Shown here: piece by piece, positions 6,387 through 16,700 of the stretch | How the letters are laid out: the number at the start of each line of letters is the position of its first letter | How positions within the stretch are numbered: the stretch's first letter is position 1 | NCBI GenBank assembly: GCA_900128395.1 | Contig: LT649239.1 | Location: forward strand, 58,759-78,758 | DNA: 20,000 nucleotides | From: Stramenopiles sp. TOSAG23-2 | Taxonomy: Eukaryota | Reading direction: 5' to 3' | Made by a program: the position numbers and the translations under genes | The notes under the pieces: model-generated | Seen by the model: the letters and a program-made list of their open reading frames with translations, nothing else | What the model was told of the DNA's origin: nothing | Databases searched by the model: none

Positions 6387-9233
6387 TTATGTCAAATCAA
6401 CAACATCATCATCGCTTTCGCTCTCATCACTACTACTACTACTACTTTTATCACTGCCACTTTCATCATCATCATCGTCATCAGATGATGATTCCATTAT
6501 TTTGTTGATTTTTTTTTTAGCATTCAATGCTGCTTTTCTCGATGAACCACGGCGTGCAGCAGGTTTTTTTGTTTTAATAATGATAGGTTCATCATCATCA
6601 TCTTCATCTCCAGAATTTTTCAATACTTCTTCATCTTCTGAACGGCGTGATAAATCCTCCTCATCATCATCATCTATTTGCATCATATTTGACTTGTTTT
6701 CTTCTTCTTCTTCTTCTTCTTCTTCTTCTTCCTCGCCCTCTACAAAAGTAATTCTACTTGGCACAATCGGTTCAGGTAGATTATTTTCCTCATTTGGCAT
6801 TAAACCACGTAATAGACGAAAAACAACATTTGGTCTATTCAATGCATTATGTTGCATATCAAATGCGAAATTAGATGCATCCATAGTATTTATTGGCAAT
6901 AAGAAACAGTTTACACGATCGTCCTCTAAAATTTTACCTTTTTGAACAATTTTTGCTAATTCTCCTTCATCAAATTGTTGCACAGATTCTGTTAATTTTT
7001 CTTCCAATTTTGTTTGCGTCACTTTGCCTTTTTTCACCATTTGTAATAATTTTAAAATTTTAGGTTGTAAATTTAATCGATTATCCTCCAGTGTCTTTAC
7101 ATCCGTCGTACTACTACTACCACTACTGCTACCACCATCACCACCATTTTCAATGCGATCAAGATGTACATCTCCTTTTTCTTGACGATCAATGATGCCA
7201 TTTAATACATGCACGATAGATTTACAAACACTTGGTATAAATCGTGCCATATTTTTTAATCTTTCTGCTTTTGCACGATTTGATTTTCTAGATTTCAACG
7301 TCTGCTTCAACTGGTTACAACATTTTCGTATTGCAGTAGTCACCGCATTGTAATACTCTTTATTAGCTGCACTTATAAATTCCTTCCCCGTGCCTTTAAA
7401 TGGAATTTTTGTGGATACAATACTAACAAATACACCAATCTTATCAATATTTTTTTTGATATGATACGAGCTCCAAGTAATATTGTTCTTTGCAACGCGG
7501 GTAGCGACGTCACTGTGTCCTTCAAATAACAACGGTATACGATTTGCAAAACGATATACATGAATACCTTCTTTTTGTTCTTTTCCACCAATTGATACAC
7601 CGGCTTCAACAATAAATGGGTGTCCTTCAAATACGCATACATTTGTTCTTCCAGTTGCTACATGATCTGGTATATATTCTTTCATAATTCCTAATTTTAA
7701 ATTGTATTCACCAGCTGGCGACAAACAATTACCAGATGGTTTATTAAACTTTGCCTCTTTTAAAATTTTAGTGATATTATGAACTAATTGCGTATCATTG
7801 GTTACTTCGCTTACCCTAATTTTCGGATCAAATTTTAATTCTACTACAAGTTTTTTTGCCAATGCGGGGCTAATTACTTGAAATTCAGAACTTAGAAATT
7901 GCCATAAATATTTTCCTTGTGAAAAATTATGTAACAATTTTTGTACAATTAATTGATTAACGGACGTTGGGTGATGCTTAATCGTCTTTGCTGGAGGTGG
8001 AATGCGCTCTGATCGTCGTTCATACTTCAATGTAAACGGTTTGCTAGTTTTATCACTATCGAAACTTAGTGTGAAATCAGCAAATGGAGTCACAACTGCT
8101 AATGCACTTAGATATTGTTGTATTTTACTTTTTGCCCACATCCAATTACCTTCTAAGACAACTGTAAATTCCGTGCCGCGCCATTTCTCCGTATTTTCAG
8201 TAATTTCTTGCGATATAATTTTAGGTTCATTTTTGTATATATTAATATCTAATTTTGTTTGTGAAGTAGTTTCACCAGGTATTGAACCACCATCGATACC
8301 ATGCGCCGTTCGTATTTCAATCGGTAAACCAGTGCTTTTTTTCGACCAAATCAATGCCATTTTTGCACCGAGGCCAAATTTACCACGAGTTTGCTTAACA
8401 CCATAATTACTCCCGGATAAAACACGGCCAAGGAATTCACTAACTTTTTTCGTTTCCATACCCATTCCATTATCACGGCAAACAATTTTAAAAAAACCAA
8501 CACGATTTATACTTTTACGTTTCGTTTTCTTTCCTTTCTTTTTTCCTCCAGCAACTCCTTTTTTATTATTTGCACCATTCGTAACAACATTTGTTTGAGA
8601 TTGAGATAATTCAACATCTTGTGACATGGATGGCAATGAATCCTCCTGAGTTAAATCAATATTATTATCATTTTGCGATTGACTCATTGCAGATGCAATG
8701 CTATCTTCACTTTCATTTCGTTTGCGTTTATTAGTCGAACCATTGTCGATATCGGAAGATGATGATATTGAGATGATATTTGTATTAATATTATTATTAT
8801 TATCATTGGCTGCATCCTCTTGAATGGCTTTGTTATATAGCGATAAATTTTGTCGTTCTTGCTTTTCGTTACCACGTAAAGCATCGAATGTTTTTTGGCT
8901 CAATTCTGTCACTTCAATTTGTATACTTGGCAATACTTGAATTGATTCAGCTGCATCTAACGAGTTTTCAACTAATTCACGTATTGTAGTATAAAGTGCT
9001 TTCCCAGGATTGTCAAAACCAGCAATATTTTGATTTTCAGCAAAAAATTCGGCTGGATTTTTTTGTTGCACTTTTTTTGATTTCGATTTCCTTTTAGAGG
9101 AAGAAGAAGAGGAGGTGGAGGAGGAGGATCCATCATTTTTTTTCCGTCTCTTGTTTGAGGAGGAGGAAGAAGAAGAGGATTTCTTACTGCCACTAGATTT
9201 ACTTTTTTTTTTTGGTGGATATATAGTGGGCAT
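6387..9233 (-). CDS. TOP6B: DNA topoisomerase VI subunit B (GHKL ATPase, H2TH and transducer domains), 948 aa
   Basis: QKNPAEFFAENQNIAGFDNPGKALYTTIRELVENSLDAAE, DNGMGM, QTRGKFGLGAK, WRGTE, RFANRIPLLFEG and VSTKIPFKGTGKE are hallmark archaeal/plant TopoVI-B motifs. Basic Ser-rich N-terminus and acidic C-terminal tail. Confidence 0.96.
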   Translation of the reverse strand: MPTIYPPKKKSKSSGSKKSSSSSSSSNKRRKKNDGSSSSTSSSSSSKRKSKSKKVQQKNPAEFFAENQNIAGFDNPGKALYTTIRELVENSLDAAESIQVLPSIQIEVTELSQKTFDALRGNEKQERQNLSLYNKAIQEDAANDNNNNINTNIISISSSSDIDNGSTNKRKRNESEDSIASAMSQSQNDNNIDLTQEDSLPSMSQDVELSQSQTNVVTNGANNKKGVAGGKKKGKKTKRKSINRVGFFKIVCRDNGMGMETKKVSEFLGRVLSGSNYGVKQTRGKFGLGAKMALIWSKKSTGLPIEIRTAHGIDGGSIPGETTSQTKLDINIYKNEPKIISQEITENTEKWRGTEFTVVLEGNWMWAKSKIQQYLSALAVVTPFADFTLSFDSDKTSKPFTLKYERRSERIPPPAKTIKHHPTSVNQLIVQKLLHNFSQGKYLWQFLSSEFQVISPALAKKLVVELKFDPKIRVSEVTNDTQLVHNITKILKEAKFNKPSGNCLSPAGEYNLKLGIMKEYIPDHVATGRTNVCVFEGHPFIVEAGVSIGGKEQKEGIHVYRFANRIPLLFEGHSDVATRVAKNNITWSSYHIKKNIDKIGVFVSIVSTKIPFKGTGKEFISAANKEYYNAVTTAIRKCCNQLKQTLKSRKSNRAKAERLKNMARFIPSVCKSIVHVLNGIIDRQEKGDVHLDRIENGGDGGSSSGSSSTTDVKTLEDNRLNLQPKILKLLQMVKKGKVTQTKLEEKLTESVQQFDEGELAKIVQKGKILEDDRVNCFLLPINTMDASNFAFDMQHNALNRPNVVFRLLRGLMPNEENNLPEPIVPSRITFVEGEEEEEEEEEEEENKSNMMQIDDDDEEDLSRRSEDEEVLKNSGDEDDDDEPIIIKTKKPAARRGSSRKAALNAKKKINKIMESSSDDDDDDESGSDKSSSSSSDESESDDDVVDLT

Positions 9234-9265
9234 TATTATTGATAATACTTTTTTGTTGAAAATTA

Positions 9266-9533
9266 TATATATCTATATATATATATATATATGATTTCTG
9301 ATATTTATACCGTCAAATCCAGAACGGATGATCAAATATGTTCAATGAGACAATATATGACTAATACATATATATATATATCTTGCTCTGTCGTCTATGT
9401 ACGTCTATGTTCTTGATGGTGTTTGGATTTGTCTATTATATAGTACTATATTATATATTTTACGACTTTGAAGACTTTTACCTTTTCATTTATTCAAATT
9501 TCAAAAAAAAAAAAAAAAAAAACACAAAAAAAA
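9266..9533. repeat. (TA)n microsatellites and poly-A tracts in the divergent intergenic region
   Basis: TA runs at about 9266-9292 and 9368-9381; A runs at 9503-9533. Confidence 0.8.
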
Positions 9534-9885
9534 ATCCTCTGATCCTCTGGCCCACCACCTTAAAAAAGTTTTAGTTTTGTATTAATATTATATAGTATAA
9601 TATTAATATTTGCCTGGTGGTTTGCCCTTCTTCTCTCTGGATTTTAATTTGTTGCAACCTTAAACCTGGCAACATACATAAATATAAATGCGCCCCAAAA
9701 AATTTTAAATATATATAATAATAAAAAAACTTCAACAAAAGGTGTGTGCGGTATAGGTATAGATATATAAATTATTGTTGCATGATGTTGTTGTTGGTTG
9801 GAGATCGATAGGCATAGAAAAGTTTTAGATAAATGATTATAAAATATTATTCATATAATCGAATAACATAGAAAAACATACAAAT

Positions 9886-10521
9886 ATGAATAGAATAACC
9901 ACCTTTTCTGGTTTAAATCGATGGATGGCAATATGTTGTTATTGTGTGGTGATAAATATTTTTTCTGTTCTTGGAGAAAATAATATCACATCAACAACAA
10001 ATAATAATATTGATAATAATAACGCATTAGAAGCTATATCTGTATGTAATATTATATCACCACATTTACCCCAGTTTTGTGAATGTGTTAATTATATATC
10101 CAATCCAACTATGGCACAATTGAACTGTAGTGTTACCTTACCTTACCACGTTGATACACTTAAAGTTGTAAGCACATTGGCGCCTTGTGCAGATCCTGCA
10201 TATATTAAAATAAGGGTAGTAGATGGTAAGAAGCATATTGATCATACATTTGGCCCTATTACAGCAACTGGAATGAAAGAACTACCAATTCCATATCTAT
10301 CCATCCATATTCCAGAAGTTGGGGAAGCTGGTGTCACTGCTGCTGTTGAGCTTGGTGGAAATTTAGAACAATTAGATGTTTCTATTGGAATTGATGCATG
10401 TATAAAGGTTCGATCAAAAGAAGAATGTGGAAGTGATTTAACCAAAAAATTACCAATATGGATTTTAAAGCATGATTTCAGTTTTTCAAGTTTGTGCGAT
10501 TCGACAAAAGGTTTTCCATAA
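9886..10521 (+). CDS. Uncharacterised Cys-rich, probably secreted protein (211 aa)
   Basis: Clean ATG-TAA ORF in AT-rich flanks. Hydrophobic segment MAICCYCVVINIFSVLG (alternative ATG 9925), 8 Cys in the predicted mature part, sequons NIT and NCS, and beta-strand-like patterning. Confidence 0.8.
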   Translation: MNRITTFSGLNRWMAICCYCVVINIFSVLGENNITSTTNNNIDNNNALEAISVCNIISPHLPQFCECVNYISNPTMAQLNCSVTLPYHVDTLKVVSTLAPCADPAYIKIRVVDGKKHIDHTFGPITATGMKELPIPYLSIHIPEVGEAGVTAAVELGGNLEQLDVSIGIDACIKVRSKEECGSDLTKKLPIWILKHDFSFSSLCDSTKGFP

Positions 10522-10560
10522 ATAATAACCCGCGGCCATTGTAGAGGTTTACTAAAAATT

Positions 10561-10590
10561 TATATATATATATGCTCATGCATATAAAAA

Positions 10591-10625
<35 letters not shown>

Positions 10626-10709
10626 CATCCTCTTTCTTTCTCTCTTTCTACCTTTCTCTCTTTCTTTCTTCCTTTCTTTCCTCTCTTCCCGCCTTTTCCT
10701 TTTTTTTTT
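10561..10709. repeat. (TA)n microsatellite plus C/T-rich tract between convergent genes
   Basis: TA runs at about 10561-10573 and 10594-10622, then a nearly pure pyrimidine tract at about 10628-10709. Confidence 0.8.
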
Positions 10710-10714
10710 ACGAA

Positions 10715-13700
10715 CTATGAATCAATCGCTTGTTGCAATAAATGTTTAATCTCCTCCGTTTTAGCGGAATTAATTGCATTTGTTACACCATCTTTTGCTA
10801 ATTGTGTAATTGATTTTGCCATGTCTGGATTTGGCTTACTTAGTATTAATTCAACTATATCAGCATTGGAATATTTCGCAGCATACCATATTGGTGGCTT
10901 ATTATTGTCATCAGCCAATAATAAATCCGTCCGTTTATCATTAATCAACAATCGTTGAATTTCGAAATGACTTTTACTCAAAGACCAATGCAATGCTGTG
11001 GAGCCGGCATTATTTGTTGAATTAACTTTCAGTGTCGGGACATTTAACAAATACGCTACGACATCGACTTTGTTTGCCCATGATGCCATTATTAAAGGGG
11101 TGACACCACTCGCGCCACATTTATTGACATCTTCATTTCCTTCTTCAATTAAAAGTTTCACATCCTTTACGTTGCCACTTTTGGCTGCTTCGACCAGTGC
11201 TGAGGATCCATCAACACTATAGCGAGTTCGGCATTCTTTAATTTGATCGAATATCATTTCTTTTCTAAAAATTAATGCTTTGATATTATCTTTTGAAGAT
11301 TTACCAGATGCATTTTTACCATCCAAATTTTTAATTCTTATATCAATGTCCTTCCGATTTGTAAGCATTTCAACAATTTGTAAATTGTTATTTGCGCATG
11401 CCCAATGCAATGCAGTATCTCCTTTTTCGTCTTGTAAGTTAACATTAATTTCAGGATGTGACAATAACACTCGTACAATTTCAACGTGGCTAACAAATAT
11501 AGCTTGTATTAGCGGTGTGATTTTATTATTTGGATCGAATTGATTTATATCTTCGCCACAACAAATTAATGATTTAACATCTTCTAAATTTAACGCTTCA
11601 CATGCTTGTACTAACTTATTTGCTCCAGGATATTTATTCTTAGCAACTTTAAGTTCGTCGATTTTATCTTGTATTGCAAGTTTAACGTCTACATTTGATG
11701 CTTTTCCTAACGGTGTGTTGCCATTTTCACCAGCTTTTTCAAGCGATTTGCCTATAAACGGATGCTGTAACAATAATTCTACTACTTCAAAATGCGAGTT
11801 CCAACTGCACATCAGTAATGGACATCGATTTTTATAGCCGCCTTTGTTTACATCAATACCAGGTACAGTCAACAAATATTTGCACACTTCATAATGACCG
11901 CTTGCAGCTGCCCGTGTCAATGGTGTATTATTGTCTTGTGTTGGGGCAATTTCATTGATATCAGCTCCACATTCAATAATCATTTGTACATCTTCCAATA
12001 CGCCTGCTTTACATGCTTTTACTAGGACATCTTTATTGCCATACTTGCTATTGATGAGCGCTAATGACTCTTCTGTATCAACAAACATTTCTTGGATCAT
12101 ATTTTTAATTTCCTCCGTCTTTGCTTTAGAAAGTGGTGTATGCCCAGCTTTTCCCGGTTTTAATAACGATGGCTTAATATCAGGATGGCGTAATAACAAT
12201 TCCACAATTTCTACATGCCCTTCCCAGGAACACATGAGAAGTGGGGAACGATTCTGATATCCGCCTTTATTCACATCAATATCTGGATGGTTAATTAATA
12301 ATCTAGCCACAGCAGTATGGCCAGAAGCAGCAGCTCTAGTAAGCGGTGTATTATTATCTTGCGACGGCGCTGTTCTATTAATATCTTCCCCACTATCAAG
12401 TAAGATCTTAACATCTTCCAAATCACCAGCTTTAGCAGCTTTTACTAATTCATCCTCACAACCATACTTATTTTTCACTTCATTTAATGTCTCGATAATT
12501 CCATCGTTGCCATCAATTTTTGCTTGGATTAAATTCCTGATTTGAACCGTTTTAGCTTTTGTTGTAGGTGTTTCATTATTTTTATCAGGCAAATGCAAAC
12601 TACTTTTAATATTTGCCATTGCTAAAAGCATAATAACCACATCCATATGCCCATTCAAAGCAGCAATTAACAACGATGTTCTTCCTGTAGCAGCTTGTAG
12701 AGCATGAAGTTTAATATTTGATTTGCTAAGGAGAAGGCGACAGATTTCTGTGTTGCCTACAGACGCAGCGGCTGTCAATGGTGTATGTCCATCATACCAT
12801 GTATCTGCAACAGCGTTAATATCAGCCCCACCCTCGATTAAGACTTGAACATGTGCTAAATTTCCTGCTTTGCATGCTTGAACTAATTCATCTTTATTCC
12901 TATATTTAAGTTTAACCTCACTTAAAGTTTCAAATGGAGTCTCGATTCGTTTTTGTATCATAGCTTTAATTGCATCTGTTTTAGCTTTTGATAGTGGTGT
13001 ATTGCCTTGTGTTCCTGCTTTTTTTAAACTAGGTTCAATCTTTCTTTGAGCTAGAAGTAGCTCAACCACTTTTGGGTGCCCATTCCATGAACACATAAGG
13101 AGTGGCGACCTATTATTATATCCACCTTTGTTTATATCAATGCCAGGCAGGGTGAGTAAATAACGACATATTTCAACATATCCACTTGCTGCTGCACGTG
13201 ATAATGCAGTATTATTATCTTCACTAGGAACTTTACCATTGATATTCGCACCATCTCTTACTGCAGCTTTTACTTTGTCTATCTTATTATGCTTGCATGC
13301 TTGCACCAGGTCGTTCGTGCACTCTTGTTGTGATCTCGCATTATTTGGGGTGCCATCGATCTTATTTTGAATTAGCTTTTTTATTTCTGTTGTTTTTGCC
13401 TTGTTGAGTGGTGTATGTCCACTTGTTCCAGCTTTTTTTAGCGATGGTCCAATATTTGTATGTGCTAGGAGCATTTTAACAATTTCAGTTGCACCTACCC
13501 ACGAAGCCATCAATAATGGGGAGCGATTGTTGTACCCCCCTTTATTCACATCAATATCCGGATGATTGATCAAGAATCGACAAACTTCAATATGATTACT
13601 TGCAGCAGCACGAGACAATGCAGTATTGCTATCAACACCAGAAGAACCTTTGTAGTTTATATCACGCCCACCATTTATTAACTTTTTCACATCTTCAACA

Positions 13701-16700
13701 ACCCCAGCTTTCGCTGCTCTAATCAGAGCGTCGGCATCATTACCATATTGCTGCAAGATGGCTTGAAAATCTCGTCCAGTGGGACTTTGTGGAATTTCTC
13801 TGCCATCTAATTTTGCTCGAATCAACGCTTTAATTTCATCGCTTTTTGCATAGGATAGAGCAGTATGCCCATTCTTAGTTTTCTTTTTTACATCAACATT
13901 TGGTTTTTCAAGCAGCATTCGAACAATTTCTATATGTCCAAACCACGATGCATAAAATAACGGAGATTGATTCGTCTTTTCGCTTCCTTTGTTTACATCA
14001 ATAGATGATTGAGACAATAATAATCGGGCAATCTCCGTATGGCCTTTCCAAGCAGCCATTACAAGTGGCGTGTCTTTATTGATGTTGTATTTATTCACAT
14101 CTAATCCACCCTTCAATAAAACTTTTACATCTTCTAATGCTCCATCTTTACAGGCAGTACACAAAGGATCTTTTGTTCCATATCGAGCTTTTACAATTGC
14201 AAACGGTTCAGCTTTCCCTTCAATTTTATTCTTTATCATAGTTTTAATTGCAGTTGTTTTAGCTACAGACATTGGTGATTTTCCCTCTTCGTCCGTTGCA
14301 GACAAACTTATATCTGAACGTTGTAGCAACAATTGTACGCATTCTACGTGGCCTTCCCATGCACACATAATAAGTGGAGTTCGATTTTTATATCCACCAA
14401 GATTTACATCAATATTTCTTCGAGCCAACAATATCTTGCAGACTTCCGTGTGCCCGGAAGCACAAGCTCTGGTCAATGCAGTATTATTATTCACAGCAAC
14501 AGATCCTTTCAAATTTACATCAAAACCTGCTTCAAGCAGTACCTTTACGTCGGAAACATTCCCTGCCTTTGCAGCTTTAACCAATTCATCTTTGTTGCCA
14601 TATCTTGTTTGTATCTCATTGACATTTCCAGCACCATGCTGCTTTAACAATTGTTTGATATTGGCATTTCCTGAGCCACAACAATACATTGCTGTGCGCC
14701 CAGAAACGGTTTTTAAATGAACATTGATTTTTGGATGTTTCAGCAATAATCTCACTATTCCAATATCCGATTTGCTACAAGCCCAATGTAACGCAGTTGT
14801 CAAAGATTTATTTGCTGCATTTACGTTAATTGTTGGTTGTTTTAACAATAACTCGACCATTTGATCTTGTTTTGACCATGCTGCTTGAATCAGAGGTGTA
14901 ACTTTGCTCGTGTTGTTGCATTGGTTGACATTTTCCGTGCCGCTGTTTAACAAAACACGAACACTTTCTATATCTTTTGCTTCCACGGCTTTTAATAAAA
15001 GATTGGTGGGGTTTTTGTATTTCTTTCTTATAGCTTTCACTTTTTCATTGATGACAGAGGATTCTTCTATTGCAGCTTTTAATAAGGCTCTTATTTCTGG
15101 TGTCTTTGCTTTAAGCAATGGAGTATTTCCCCCTTTTCCCTTCGCCGTTAATGATGGCTTGATTCCTGGATGGTGCAACAGCAAGTCAACGCATTCCAAA
15201 TGCCCTTCCCACGCACACATTAGTAATGGAGATCGGTTATTGTAGCCTCCTAAATTCACATCAATGCCTGGGGCGGCCAGTAACAGCTTGACTATTCCAA
15301 CATATCCATTTGCACATGCTCTTGATAAAGGAGTATTATTATAATCTGAATCCCCTTTTGCATTTACATTAAGTCCACCATCTATCAAAACTTGAACGTC
15401 CGCTGTTGCTCCAACTTTAGCCGCTTGAAGTAACGCATCTTTTCCATAGTTTTTCTTTACTTCCTCAAAATTGCCACTAGGCGTATCGATTGCAATACCA
15501 AGCTTCTTTTTCAACATTTTTTTTATTGGTTCAGTTTTTGCATAAGTCAAAGCGGTATGGCCATCTTTCGTTTTTGTTTCTATGTCTACACCATCTTTTT
15601 CCAAAATTATCTTCACAATTTCTTCATGCCCAAACCACGAAGCATAAAACAATGGTGATTGATTTTTATCTTTGTTTACTTTGTTGACGTCAATGTCTTC
15701 GCATGCTAATAGGTACTTGGCAATATCAGTATGGCCTTTCCATGCTGCCATAAGTAATGGCGTATCGTTGTGTTGGTCACATTTGTTAATATCTTCCCCA
15801 CCATCTACGAGTACTATTACATCTTCAAGATTTCCTTCGCGACAAGCTTTCACTAATGGGTGTGGATTTTCCCCATATTTTTTCTTTACTGTTTCTAATG
15901 CACTAACAATTTTCGCAGCCCCATGTTTGTCTAGCAATGCCTTGATTTCATCTTTTGTTGCTTTTTTCAACGGAGTGTTTCCCAATCGATCTGCTTTATT
16001 TATGGTTTTTGGGTCAAATTTTTCATGAGTTAAAATCAATCGCACACACTCTACACGATTTTCCCAACACGCCATTAACAAAGCAGTGCGATTTTGATAA
16101 CCGAGCTGATTGATTTTAATTTCTGGACATTGTACTAATAATTTAACAATTTCAACATGGCCTCGTACAGCAGCTTGTAGCAAAGGTGTCATCTTATTCT
16201 TGTCGTACTGATTAACATCTTCACCGCTATCAATCAATATCTTTACATCTTCAACTTCATTTTTTGCACAAGCTAAAACAAATGCGTTTACATCCGCTCC
16301 ATATTTCTTTTTAATTTCTTCTACCGGTTTAGATTTTATCAAATTAGCAATTTCAATAGTTTTTGCCTTTGAAAGTGGGGTATTCCCTTCTACATCGGAC
16401 TTAAAAACGTCAATTTTAGGATGCGTCAATAAAAGACTGACACAATCCGGATGACCATTCCATGCTGCCATTAGAAGTGGTGCACGATCTTGGTATCCGC
16501 CTAAATTGACATCCACTGCTGGAATTGCAAGCAAAAATTCAACAACGTGTTTTCTATTTCTAGCGGCTGCCATTGCTAAAGGCGTATTCTTCATTCCTGT
16601 GCTTGATCTTTCCAACATATTTGGATCATCATCGCCAACTTTAATTAATGTTTTTACATCTTCCAATGCTCCAGCACCAGCTGCTAAGACTAAAATATTT

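Noticed and set aside
6502-9193. ORFs overlapping TOP6B (6502..6945, 7373..7642, 8002..8406, 8684..8884, 8972..9193)
   Set aside because: Antisense or alternate-frame by-products of a well-supported gene.
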